NCBI GenBank assembly: GCA_035221665.1
Contig: JAVHYY010000086.1
Coordinates: 62,001 to 126,000, forward strand
Source of the DNA: Okamejei kenojei
Taxonomy: Eukaryota
Length of the DNA stretch: 64,000 nucleotides
Reading direction: 5' to 3'
Part shown: piece by piece, positions 13,550 through 26,885 of the stretch
How positions within the stretch are numbered: the first letter of the stretch is position 1
Layout: each line of letters begins with the position of its first letter
Program-made: the position numbers and the translations under genes
The notes under the pieces: generated by a model
The model's database searches: none
Told to the model about the DNA's origin: nothing
Seen by the model: the letters and a program-made list of their open reading frames with translations, nothing else

Positions 13550-13619
13550 CGGGTACACCAATTGCTGCAAGAATCGGGTAATACACAGATTCTATATCCA
13601 CGATCCCACTATAATACAT
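13550..13619 (-). pseudogene. GPCR copy 1, exon 1 (MYYSGIVDIESVYYPILAAIGVP)
   Basis: ATG at 13619, 70 nt, donor G|GTAGGT. The phase-1 join G|TG AAT restores the frame with exon 2 and completes TM1. Confidence 0.85.
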
Positions 13620-15470
13620 TTTAATTCGACGGTCTAGGCAATCACTCCTGGTGTTGCCACTCAGCGATTGTCAGCGAAACAAACCAATCTCTGGCACATT
13701 TATAAAGTAAATAAATCAGAAAATAGACAATTAAATAACAACCCGGTGGGCATTACTAACAGACTTGTGAACAAACAAGTACTTGTTTTCAATGTAATAT
13801 TGAGAAATCACAATCATGCGTGCGACCGCTCCATACTTTTCCAACAGCAGGCAGTGAAGCATGAATTAAAAACAATCCAAACTAACGCACGCGCAGTGAA
13901 GTTGCTCGCGATTGTACTGAGCAGCGATTTATTTCCTTGAACATTATATCCGATGACTTGACAAGGATAGTTGGAATTTCTGGCTTGTACCTGTACCTGT
14001 ACTTTAACCTGTGCAACTCGAGTTTCCAGACGGCGACAGCAGAGCGTTATGCAATATCGGCACCTGAGCATATCCACTGGGAACCTAGTGGCAGTTTTCT
14101 CAGAAAAGTGACTAATGGGGCGAAAGAGCAACAAAAGAGAGAAGAACCATCGACTTTATCAAGCATTAATAAAACACGAACATGTAAATTAATTATCGAG
14201 GCAGCGTGGTTTGTCGGCTTCGTCCCGGGGTTAGCAGCCAGAAGTCGGTAAGATTGATACGGACACGAGGGTTCATAAGGTCTTAAGGCTTCGGAGTAAA
14301 ATAAGGCCATTATTCCCATTAAGTCTCATCCCTCATTCAATCATGAATTATCTATACCCTCTCCTACACCACACTCTTACTGTCTGCTCATAACCACTGA
14401 GGCCTATACTAATGAATAATCTATCTATATCTACCTAGAAAATATCCACAGAATTAACCCCCACAGCCTTTGTGGCAAAGTATTCCACAGATTTAACATA
14501 AAGGACTATGAAGGCGTCAGATGAACAAAGGGGTCTATGAAGACATGAGAGAGGTGCTCATGCTATTCTGAAAATGACCCGTTCACAGCTGCTCTTTTCT
14601 TCCTGTCTGCCAACCAATTTTCTATCCATGTCAACACGCTAACACCAATACCAATATTGCCCGTTATTTGCTTCCAATATTGTATGTTGTCTATTGAACT
14701 GGCCAAGGTGAACTGGAAAGGGATCCGAACAGGAATGACGGTGGAAAAGAAATGGCTGGAATTTCTGGGCATAATCCGGAATACGCAGGATCATTTAATT
14801 CCAAAAAGGAAGAAAGATTATACGGGGTGTAGGAGGCAACCGTGGGTGACAAGAGAAGTTAGGGATAGAATAAAACTAAAACAAAATATGTATAACACAG
14901 TAAAGAGTAGCCGGAAGCCAGAGGATTGGGAAACTTTCATAACATAACAGAAGGAAACAAACCGGGCAATACGGGCCGAAACGATGAAGTACGAGGTGAA
15001 GCTGGACAGGAATAGAAGGACGGACAGTAAAAGCTTATTTAGATATGCTAAGCGAAAAGGAGTAGCAAAGTCAAATGCGGGTCCCTTGAAGGCAGACATG
15101 GGTGACATTATTATGCGTAATAAGAAATGAAGGAAGAGTTCAACACGTACTTCGGATCTGTCTCCGCTAAGGAAGACACAAACAACTTCCCAGATGTAGC
15201 GGAGGGCTGAGGATCTAAGGGTGTAGAGGTACTGAAATAAATTTTCATTCAGCGAGAAATCGTATTGTTTAGGCTAATGGGACTAAAGAATGAGAATCCC
15301 CTTGGCGTGATGGTCTGGATCCCAGGGTCCTCGGGCAGATGGCTCTGGAAATGGTGGACGCATTGGTGATCATTTTCCAATGTTCAATAGATTGAGAATC
15401 AGTTCGTGTGGATTGGAGTATAGCTAATGATATCCCACTTTTCAAAAATGGAGCGAGCGAGTAAACGTGG

Positions 15471-18400
15471 TATTTTACTTCGGAGTCACGTGAGTGACTA
15501 CGTGAATAGAAGCCCGTACAGCCGTTGGTGCGTCATGACGTCAGACGCTGGTGCAGTCGGGAACGGTTGGAGCAGCAGCGCTCCTCCGAGCGGTAAGTTT
15601 AAACAGGTTACACGAAAAGCTGGAGAATTCAGCGGGGGCAGCAGCATCTAAGGAGCGAAGGAGATGGGCGACGTTGCGGGTCGAGACCCTTCTTCAGACT
15701 TCACCCTCCATTCTCCAGCATCTGCAGTTTTCGTTAACAGGTTTAAACGGAGGTAAGGTTTGTTGAAATACTTTACCACAGGTCATTTTCTGCGACGGTT
15801 GGGAGTAGATATGTGGCAGAAAGTGAAGAAGGTGTCGGCGAGGCGCTCCGGGGGTAGAAAGGAGAGTGACCAGGAGAGTGTTGAGGATGGAGGCCCGTCT
15901 GGTACACCTGGTCCGGTGCTGGCTACACAGCCAGTGGTTGCGGACCCACTGCCGGGGGGCAGTAGAGGCTTGCACAGTAGGGTGGAAGGCCACTGGCAAG
16001 TCTCTGTGGCCCGTAGATGAGTCGGGCCTGGAGGTTATACCCTCCATAGGAGAGTCCGTTTGCTCACGGCTCTCCCAAGTCGAGATTCTATTACAAAAGA
16101 ATGCTCGACAGGGACCAGCTCCGTGAGGAGGAGTGGTGCCCAAGCCAGGCTGATGTAGAGCTTGTGCTAGCAGCACCTGTTTCAGGGCTGCAGAACTATC
16201 CTGCCTGTGAGGAGGATGTTCCAGCTCCTTGAGGAGGAGTGGTGCCCAAGCCAGGCTGATGGAGAGCTTGTGCTAGCAGCACCTGTTTCAGGGCTGCAGA
16301 ACTATCCTGCCTGTGAGGAGGATGTTCTATCAGGGCAGTTTGCTGACACTGTTTCTATGCTGGGGGAGAGCAGTAAATGTGTTCGATTGGAGGTAATTCC
16401 GAACATTGCTGGGAAGTTTGCTGAGTGTAGAGGCAGGAAAGGCGATTGATGTAGAATTGGCCGAAGCCATTCAGTATATGCTCTCCCACCAGTTACAGGA
16501 GCTAGCTATGGATGAAGTAGTAAAAAACTATAAAGCTCCTGTTAATTGTGATCTCCTGAAGGTACCGGTGGTTAATCACCAAATTTGCATAGATGGGTTT
16601 GCCTGCTGGGGCCCAGGAGATGAAGTTTTAAAAAAAGTGCTTAAACTGTTGTAAGCAGGTATTACAGCTGTGGTGAAAGTTATTGATGCAAATGATATGG
16701 TTGAAGCACACCAGGATGAACTGGGACTCCTTTGTAATGCATTTTGAAATGAATAATGTCGGGAGGGCCGCTATTAGGCCAGTGCTAACCCGAATTTGGC
16801 GAGTTGTGCAAACCGACTAGTGTACCACCACGAAATCTGTTGTTTGGTGGTAACCTTGCAAAAAGGGTCAAAGACTGTTATGAGGTTGTTATAACCATGG
16901 CCCTCATTAAGCCAGCTGGAAGCAAGGCGAAAAAGGTTATCTACAAGAAGTCGAGGACAACAAGGCCGCAAGGAAAGATGCTGGTAAGGAATATAACATT
17001 TGACAGACGATGAATTAACTGATGTTCCTGTTCAAATTGGGGAAGGTTAAAATTGTTCTCAAACAATGGCAGCAGTTGACATCAGATTTGTTCATACTTA
17101 GTGTATTGAAGGGGTGAAAAATTGGATTTTACTATGACAGTCTACCTAATCAACATTTTCCTAGTCGTAAACTTATTTTTCAGATGAGGAAAATGTGCTT
17201 ATTCAAGCAGAGATTCAGTCGTTACATAAGAAGGGGTAATTGAGCCTTCTGTCTATCAAAGTCAACAATTTCTGTCAAGTATATTTCCCAGATCTAAAAA
17301 GACTGGGGGATGTAGAATTATTCTGGATTTATCGAATTTGAACAAATTTGTTTGTTATAGGCATTTCAAAATGGAGAACTTTACCACGGGCAAACATCTA
17401 GTGTCCAAAGGGTATTATATGGCAACCATTGATTTAAAGAATGCGTATTACGCAGTGTCTATTCATGGTGATGATAGAAGATATTTGAAAGTTATTTGGA
17501 TGACTGAGCTGTGGCAATTCAGGACATTGCCGAATGGATTAACTTCAGCTCCTAGATTATTTACTAAATTGGTAAAACCTGTGTTAGCATTGCTTAGAGC
17601 TCAGGGGCATGTGGTAATGGCCTATTTAGATGATTTCTGATTGTTGGAAAGACTCACGCTGAAACTCAATCATCAGTTTCAGTTGTTAAAATCACTTTTG
17701 AACAAATGGGATTTGTTATTCACCCAGGTAAATCTAAATTATCACCAGTCCAAATTATTGATTATCTGGGATTTACCATTAATTCCAATCACATGTTGGT
17801 AACTTTGCCCAGGGATAAATTGAATCAGTTAATTGAGGACTGTGTTAATCTCGTTGGAGAACAACGGCCTTTGATTAGACAAGTAGCCAGTTTTATTGGG
17901 AAGTTGTTGCAGCCTTTCCGGCTGTGCAGTATTGTCCTCTGCATTATCAACAATTACAACCATCAAAGGAACAGGCACTGAGAATACAAAGGGGCTATTT
18001 TTGATAGGCCTATGCAGTTGTCAGCTGGGGCGATTGCTGACATACAATGGTGGATAGTACATGTTTCAAAAAATTTAAGGAAGGTTTCGTGGAATCAGCG
18101 TCACTGATATTACAGACTGATGTGAGTGCACTGGGTTGGGGTGCAACAGATATGTCTTCTAGTTGTGGAGGCAGATGGAATGTGGATGAGACATCGCTTC
18201 CTCAATTAAGAGGGATTGATTATTTAGAGTTGTTGGGCACCTGGTATGGGCTCAAAGCTTATTGTTCTACAAGGAGGTATCTGCATGTGCAGCTCAGATT
18301 CACAACACCACAGCAGTGGCATATGTAAACCACATGGGTGGAGTTAAGTCACAGTCTTGTGATAGACTGGCTAACCAGATTTGGAGCTGGTGTATTGACC

Positions 18401-20231
18401 AAAATATCTGGCTTTCAGCACTTTATTTGCCAGGAAGAGGTCACGTCAGTTAATGACAACATTGAATGGATGTTAAATCAGGATGTGTTTAACCAAATGA
18501 TTGATCAGTATGCATTGCCAGATATTGACTTGTTTGCATCTCGATTAAATCATCAGTTACCTAGATATGTTTCATGGTAACCAGATACTGGGGCAGTAGC
18601 AGTGGATGCATTTTCGCTGCATTGGGGGAGGAATGTTTGTGTATATATTTCCTTCATTCTGTCTCATCAGCAGATGTTTGCAAAAGATCAAGGAGGACTC
18701 CGCTTCAGGGGTATTGGTAGTGCCAGATTGGCCTACACGAGCATGGTTTCCCGTTGTATTACAAATGGCTAGGGAGCCTTACATGCTTATGCCCAAGAAT
18801 AAAAATCTACTGGTAAATCCAGTCACTGGGGATCAACATCCTTTATAGGATCGTATTGATCTGTTAATTTGCAGATTTTAAGGAGGCCATACCTGGGGAG
18901 AGGACTGTCTCATCGGACGGTGGATGTTCTCACGTCGGCCTGCAGGGATAGTACACAGCAGCAATATATCACCTATATAAGGAAGTGGGAGCAATTCTGT
19001 CTACAGCAGGATATTGTATATCACACGGCAGGGATCACGGATGTATTGGAGTTTGTCAACTCTTTATTTTGACCAAAAAATTAAGTTAGTGCAATTAATT
19101 CAGCCAGAAGTGCTCTGTCTTCTTATTTACCTAAGAATGCAGAATTGCATACAGTAGGGACACATCCGTTAGTTCACGATTCATGAAGGGAGTTTTCAAT
19201 TCTAATCCTCCTAAACTCAGGTATGCCTGTATTTGCAATGTGAGTGAGGTTTTTATGCTTCTTCGCCAGTGGGCTCCGGTTACAAGCCTATCTATAGCCA
19301 AAGTAACTATGAAGGTGGTCATGCTTCTGGTGTTGGTTTCAGCCCAACGTGTACAAACATTGCAAAAGCTACGGCTAGATAGAATGCATGTGTCGGCTGA
19401 TGCCATTATATTTTATGTCTATGATTTGCTTAAACATAATAAAAGAGGCATGACAGGATGTAAGATGGTGTTTTCAGCATACCCCGCAGATGATCGCTTC
19501 TGTATAGTCTCACATTTATCTCTTTACATTGAAATTACTAAACCTCTGAGAGGAACAGAGTTGGCTTTGTTTATTAGTCACAAAAAACCACACAGTAAGG
19601 TGTCGGTGCAAACGATTTCAAGGTCCTCGCGGCCGCAGGATGGTCCAGTGAGCTAACTTTTCAGAGGTTTTGTCACAAGCCGATTTCAAGGCTCGGGGTG
19701 TTTGCTGATTCTGGTGTCAGTAATGTTACATTTTTCCCCTGAGTTAGAGGGGTTTGTTATGATTTGTTTGTAAATAAATTGTTATTTCATTTAACAAATG
19801 TATTACTGATGCATGATTGATTGTTAACGACTTTTGAGTCAATCCAGGCAGTGTGAATGTCAGATTTGAGTCTGCGGCGTGAATTCACAGTGCTTTGAAG
19901 TCTTCACGTAGTCACTCACGTGACTCCGAAGTAAAATAGTAAGATTAAACGAGAACTTACCAGTTTGAAGTTTGATCTTTATTTTATGAGGAGTCGAGTT
20001 GAGGGACTACGTGCCCTCCGCTCCCACCCTCATAGATCTCATCTGGTAGTTCTAGTTTTATCATCTTACCGTTATACTTCGGTCATTGTTAGCTGTGAAT
20101 TCATTCCGCTGCTTTGAAGATTGACGCACCAACGGCTGTACGGGCTTCTATTCACGTAGTCCCTCAACTCGACTCCTCATAAAATAAAGAGCAAACTTCA
20201 AACTGGTAAGTTCTCGTTTAATCTTACTATT
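15471..20231 (+). mobile_element. DIRS1-type tyrosine-recombinase retrotransposon, structurally complete, coding-decayed
   Basis: Left terminal repeat 15471-15535, right 20122-20231, and an internal complementary region 19903-20013 complementary to both outer ends. Fragments of RT (IDLKNAY, LPNGLTSAP, YLDD), RNase H (QTDVSALGWGA), Dam-like methyltransferase (IDLFASRLNHQL, VVPDWPTRAWFP) and YR (SAQRVQTL) are present. Confidence 0.93.
16115..16326 (+). repeat. 106-bp tandem duplication in the DIRS gag region
   Basis: Units start at 16115 and 16221 (ccagctcc..gaggatgtt) and differ by two substitutions. Confidence 0.9.
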
Positions 20232-21599
20232 ACAGACCAGTTAGCCTGACGTCGGTGTTTGCAAAGATGCTGGTTTCGAGTATTGAACAGGTAATAATGG
20301 GGCATGTGGATAACAGTAAAAGGGTTAGTCCAAGTCAACATGGACTTATGAAAGTGAAATCATGCTTGTCTAATTTTTGAGGAAGTGACAGGCATAATGG
20401 ATAAAGGGGAGCCATTGGATGTAGTATATCTAGACTTCCAGAAAGCCTTTGATAAGGTCCCGCACGGGAGACTGGTGAATACAATTAGAGCATATGGTAT
20501 TGGGGGTTGGGTATTGACATGGATAGAAAATTGGTTGGCAGACACGAAGCAAAGAGTAGGAGTGAGCGGGTCCATTTCAGAATGGCAGGCAGTTGCTAGT
20601 GGTGGGCTGAAAGGCTCGGTGTTGGGGCCGCAATTGTTTACCATATATATTCATGATTTGGAAAAGGGAATTAGGAGAAACCAGCACGCTTTCGGATGAC
20701 ACAAAGCTGGGTGTCAACTGGGAAGAGTATGTTAGGAGGTTGCAGGGTGAGCTGGACAGGTTGAGTGAGTGGGCAGATACGTGGTAGATACAGTATAATA
20801 GAGAAAAATGTGATGATATCCACTTTGGCGGCAAAAAAGAAGGACGCCGATTATTATATCAATGGGGTTAGGTTAGGTAAGGGGGAGGTGGTGCGAGACC
20901 AAGATGTCTTTGCACACCAGTCACTGAAAGATGATGTGGAGGTACAGCAGGCAGCAAATAATGCTAATGGAATGTTGGCTTCCATAACAAGAGGATTTCA
21001 GTATAGGAGTAAAGAGGTTCTTCTACTTTTGTACAGGCTCTGATGAGATCACATCTGGAGTATTGTGTACAGTTTTATTATCCTAATTTGAGGAAGGACA
21101 TCCTAGTGATTGAGGCAGTGAAGCGCAGGTTCACGAGATTGATTCCTGGGATGGCGGGACTGTCGTGTGAGCAGAGATTGAAAAGACCGTGCTTGTATTC
21201 ACTGGAGTTTAGAAGGATGAGGGGATATCTGATAGAAAGATATTAAATTATAAAAGGACTGGACAAGCTGGATGCAGATGCAAGGGCCACATATTTTTGG
21301 AAAAAGTGGATGCCATTTAAGACTGAGTTAAGAAAATACCTTTTCACCCTGAGAGTTGTGAATTTGTGGATTCCCTGCCACAGAGGGCAGTGAGGGCTAA
21401 ATCACTGGATGGATTTAAGAGAGAGTTAGATACTCTCGGGGCTAGTGGTATCAATGGATATGGGGAGAAGGCAGGCACGGGTTATTGATTAGGGACGATC
21501 AGCCATGATCACAATGAATGGCGGTGCAGGCTCAAAGGGCCGAATGGCCTCCTCCTGCACCTATTTTCTATGTTTCTACATTTCTATGTTTCTATTCGC

Positions 21600-23295
21600 C
21601 ACCCCCTGACTAAAGACATTTCTCATCGGCTGCATCCGAAAAGAACGTCCTTTAATTCTGAAGCAATTACCTCTATTCCCAGAATTTCACACTCGTAGCA
21701 ACATCCTCACCATATCCACCAATCCAATCCTTTCACTATTGTGTATGTTTCAATGAAGTCCCCTCCATATTGTTCGAAACTCCAATGAGCACAGGCTCAG
21801 TGCCGACAAATGCTCATCTTAGGTTAACCTACTAATTAAGAGAAATATCCAAAATAGGTGCAGGAGTAGGCCATTTGGCCTTTCTAGCCTGCACTGCCAT
21901 TCAATATGATCATGGCTGATCATCCAACTCAGTATCCTGTACCTGCCTTCTCTCCATACACCGTGATCCCTTTCGCCACAAGGGCCACATCTATCTCACT
22001 CTTAAATGTAGCCAATGAACTGGCCTCAACTACCTTCGGTGATTTACGTTTGTATACTAATCTCTTATATGGGACCTTGTCGAAAGCCTTCTGAATGTCT
22101 AGTTATAACAAATCCACTGGCTGTGTTGATAATAATAAACTTCATCTGGACCCCCTCCAAACCCAGCACATCCATCCTCCGATATTGTGGCCAAAATTGC
22201 TCACAATATTCCAAATGCGGCTTTCCCGTGGCCCTATGGATACTCAGCATTACAACCCTGGTTTGGATACAAACCCTCTTGAAATAGATGCAGGCATTGA
22301 ATTTGCTTTATGTAGTACCGATTCGACTTGCAGATTAACTTTTTGGGAATCTCGCATCAGCACTCCCAAGTTCACTATCATCTCCGATTTCTGAATTATC
22401 TACCTATTTAAAAAAATATCCTTCGCCTTTATTCCTACTAATAAAATCCACACTTTGCTTCACTATTTTCCATCTTCCACCTTTCTGCCACTAACCCAAC
22501 CTGTCCAAGTCGTTTCGCACAGTTTCTGCAATCTCTGCAGCACCTGACCCTCCACCAATATTGGTATCATTCGCAAAATTGGCCACACAACCTTCAATCC
22601 CCTTATGCAAAACTTGAATATGCAATTTTTGAGTAGCGTTCTCAGAACCGATCCATGCGGAACTCCACTAGTCACTGGCAGCCAACCAGAAAAAAAGCCC
22701 CGTTTAGTGCCACGTTTTGTCTTCTGCCATCCAGCCAACCTGCTATCCATGCTAGTTAGTATCTGCCCTTTGATACCGTGGGCTTTCTTCGTCCTTAGTT
22801 GCCGCACGTGTTGCCCATTACCAAAGTCTTTCCAGAAATCTGAGTAAACAGACCACCGTTGTCTTGAGTAATCACCTCTTCAAAGGATCACGGAACAATT
22901 TGAAGCAAGACTGCCCCTTCACAAAGCCATGCAGTCTTCGAACTATTTTATTGTGAATTTCGAAGTACTATGCAACCTCAACTTAATCGTGGACTCTCAA
23001 ATCGGATCAACCAACGAAGGCAAACAACCAGCCTATAGTCCCCACTATTCTGCCTTGCTCGCTTCTTGTGCATTGGGGTAATATTGCCAATTTTCCTATC
23101 GTCTGGGACCACTCCTGCCTCTAGTGACTCTTAAATATCACTGTGAATGCCTGCAAAATCTCTGAAGCCTCCTCTTTCAGAACACTCGTGTGCAGTCCAT
23201 CAGGTCCATGTGGCTTGTGCACCTTCAGCCCGTTCAGCATCCCAAGCACGTTCTAATGAATGATATACACTACACTAACTACCACCCCCTGACTA
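21600..23295 (-). mobile_element. Old CR1 fragments
   Basis: HLEYCEQFW, WLPVTSGVPHGSVL, and a CR1 3' UTR at 21850-22040. Confidence 0.7.
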
Positions 23296-23309
23296 TATTT
23301 TTTTTAAAT

Positions 23310-24745
23310 AATCTCGAATTTGATGGTATTTGAAATATTGACTACTTTTCTGATTGTATTTTAGTTGTAGTTGTTGGAATGATAGAGGTTTTCCCATTTC
23401 ATACATATCTCGAATCATATTTATTCCTATTATTTCCTAATGGATAATTTTTTTATCAATAATAGATGGTTTGAATGAGGGATTGCCAACTATTGGGGAA
23501 AGAATCGATGTTTCTTAATTTTAAAATTAATTTTATTTGTTTCAAAATTCGTATTATGCTGTGAATACTTGGATTATTCTTATATATTATAATGTTCAGT
23601 TTTATCTGGGGAAGATTAATCTCTCCTATATTATAGGGGGGGACAATCTTCTTTCTCCATGCTTATCCAATCTACTTGTTGAGCAGAACTGTCCAACCAG
23701 TAACATATATGTTTAATATTCACTGCCGAATAGTAGTACAACGATTTAGGGTGTGTCACCCCCCCGAATTCTTTAGATTTACACGGATGTTTTCTTTGAA
23801 TTCTGTGTGATCTATAGTCCCATACGAAATTTGTAATATCAGATTATTTTAATTTATCTTTTTAATTTGGTAAATATATTGGTAATGATTGAAATAGGTA
23901 CAGTATTTGTGATAAGAAGATCATTTTTATAACATTCATTCTGCCTATTAAACATATCGGCAGTAGTTCCCAGAATGTAATCAACCCATTCAATTTAGTT
24001 TGCATATAGCTTGCAAAGGCATATAGTTTGCGTTAAATGATGATTTATATTTTGTAGTAATTTGGATACTAAAATACTTGAATGTTTCTGTTGCAATTCT
24101 AAAAGGGAATTTCAACAGATGTGTCGGCTTTTGAGGTTTTATCGTCATTATTTCGCTTTTGTTCCAGTTTATTCGATATCCTGAAAAATAACCAAATTAC
24201 TCTATTAAATTTAATATATTTGGTATGCTAATTTGCGAATTTGTAATGTATAATAATATGTTGTCTGCATATAATGAAATGTTCTTATTTGAGTGTTTGG
24301 CATTATATCCATGAATATTCGGATGACCGTACACTTTCTGCTAAAGTGCAAATAGAGGGGGCGATAATGCACACCCCTGTCTATTGTCCCTTGATAATTG
24401 GAATTTCGGCGATAATACATTATTAGTCAGTATTCTAGCCCTTGGCTTATCATTTAATAATTTTACCCATGAGATAAAATTATCTCCCATGTACATTTTT
24501 TACAATACTTTAAATAGATATTGCCATACTACTTGATCAAATGCTTTTTCTGCATCCAGTGAAATAATTGCTACGTCTTCCTCTTCAGTTTTATGTGAAT
24601 ACATTACATTAAACAGCCGTCTCAAATTGTTGAATGAGTATCTCTTGGGTATACACCCCGTTTGATCCGGATTGATTAGTTTGCTATTATGTTTACTCAA
24701 TCTTCTCGCTGGGGTCTTTGCTAATAGTTGTTGATCTGTATTTAG
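23310..24745 (-). mobile_element. L1-clade LINE RT fragment
   Basis: LINPDQTGCIPKRYSFNNLRRLFNVM...ISLDAEKAFDQVVWQYLFKVL is an L1 ORF2 motif set; A-rich sense strand. Confidence 0.82.
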
Positions 24746-25977
24746 CAGTACCATGGCTCTATAGTAAATAAGTAAGTAAGTAAGTAAGTAAATAAGTAAG
24801 TAAGTAAGTGTATAGGCCAAGTATTCACATACAAGGAATTTTCCTTGGTGCTCCACCACACAAGTAACAGCATGACATACAGTGACAGTTACGAATGTAA
24901 CTAGTATGATGACTAGGTTGGGGGAGAGGGTGAGAGGCAGGGAGACAAGCGACATACCAGATGATGTTCCTCCATTTAGTGCGTGGCCTCGCTCTAACAG
25001 TTGAGGAGGACAACGACAGAAAGGTTTATATGGGAATGGGAAGAGGTGTTAAAATGTTTGCTCGCCGGGAAAACGCAAAGGCAAATGCAGAAATTGATTT
25101 GTTACCGTGCATCCGAGCCGCAGATTCACAGATTCATAAAGTGATACAGTTTGGAAACAGGCCCTTCGTCCCAACTCGCCCACACCGGCCAACAATATAC
25201 CAGCTACACTAGTCCTACTTGCCTGCGCTTGGTCCATATCCCTCCAACTCTCTCCTATCCATGTACCTGTCAACTGTTGACTAAACGATGGGATAGTCCC
25301 AGGCACAACTACCTCCAGTGGGAGCTTGTTCCGTACACCCATCACCCTTTGTGTGAATATGTTTCCCCACGGCCTCTTATTAAATATGTTTCCCTTCTCC
25401 TTGAACATATGTCCTCTCGTCGTCGATTTTCTGGGCAAAATACTCTGTGCATTTACCCGCTCTATTAATCTCATGATTTTGTATTTATGGCTCACCTCAC
25501 CTATAGCTTTACTCCAGATATATTGTTTCCGCATACAGAAGGTGTATAAAGCACGCTTTATTTTGGAACTTTATACAATCTAGATAATCCTCTGCGAAAA
25601 CAGCAGATGCTCTTTCCACCGAAAACCTCGTCAATGAGCAATGATAGGTTATTTTTTAATGATGAAAGGAAATCACAAATACAACACGTTGCAGCTATTT
25701 AACTGAAAATCTTCACTCTTTTTGTAAGCAATATGTTCTCGGCATATGTGTACAAATTCTTGAAAAAACAGAAGTGGAATGATTTAACTGAGCATTTGGG
25801 AATACGTACACGAGGCGAGACTGAACCCATGAACCTCCGAAGACGTTGGGCGTGCACTACAGGTCAAATGAACATAAAATGTACACACATTAAATGCTGT
25901 ATTTTCATATAAACCATACATCAAAGCAGCGTATGAAGCCTAGCAGGTCACTCGTTTTTGTTATATTATTTTAACTA

Positions 25978-26885
25978 TCAATTTGCCGATTTAAATATCT
26001 TTCCAGTGCAACGGATCGGATATGTTAGCACGCGGAACAGCTCCTCTCTGAACTTGCTCTGTGTCACGATGTAAATGGCCGTGTTGGTGCAGGTGCTCAG
26101 CAGCTGAAGCATACATCCAACCCTTTCAAATTCTTCCAAAGGGTTTGTCCAGGCCTTGCGCGTAAACACTTTCAAACTTCGAACCGCAATAAAATGTACA
26201 ACACTTGTGGCCCAGAGCAGGATGAAGCAGCTCGAGATTGCCAGAAGTAAAACGACCGACCGTCTGCGGTTCACCATCTCCTGGTCTTTCTTTTTCTCCC
26301 CACCGCTGATGTGTCGGAGGTTCCTGCGGACCCGACTGGCCACGGAAATACGTCTGACAGTGAGCGCGTTAAACAACAAAATCAGGCAGAATGGAATGAC
26401 CGGGGTGAACAACTGTTCGCTCCAAGAGAACACCGTCCATTCGGGACGCGTATAAAAGTGTACAATTTTGAGGCAGCCGTGCTCTCCATCCATTCCTTGA
26501 TAAGAAACGTATGCGAAGGGCAAGGGAAGGTTTTTAAGAAAGACGAACAGGCTCACTGTCAGGATAACAATCCACGTGGTTCTCTCGGTGCAATATTTCG
26601 TTTTCACATTCTGAGTAGAAATCGCAACAAAGCGATCAAATGTGAAAGCGACTGTGAACCATACAGAACAATCCACCGCCACGGGAGCGAGGTACAATAT
26701 TATTTTGCACACAGGAGTGTAGGGCAAGGAAGCAGGCCACAAATAAATATCAGCAATCCGATGAAATATCACGTCAATGAGAAGCACAGAGAGGTCCGCG
26801 GTCGCCATGGCTAGCATGTAACGAGTGATGCACTTGGAGAGGCCGCATTTGCCACGGGACAGTATCACAATCGCCATCAGATTCA
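25978..26885 (-). CDS. GPR139/GPR142-like class A GPCR, copy 2, exon 2 (intact; 325 aa with exon 1)
   Basis: Open 908-nt exon after ttcccag, with seven hydrophobic segments when joined to exon 1. TM2 AMATADL, TM3 Cys and DRF, ECL2 Cys, TM7 CTNTAIY and helix 8 SKFR are present. Confidence 0.92.

Larger units (their letters stand above)
14690..21595 (+). mobile_element. Decayed CR1 family A (host of the DIRS element)
   Basis: RT sequence stops at 15470 and resumes at 20232 (YRPVSLTS, DFQKAFDKVPH); tail near 21570-21595. Confidence 0.85.

Noticed and set aside
13937-14251. 104-aa + strand ORF in the conserved upstream block
   Set aside because: The frame is not preserved in the paralogous copies and no motif is recognisable.
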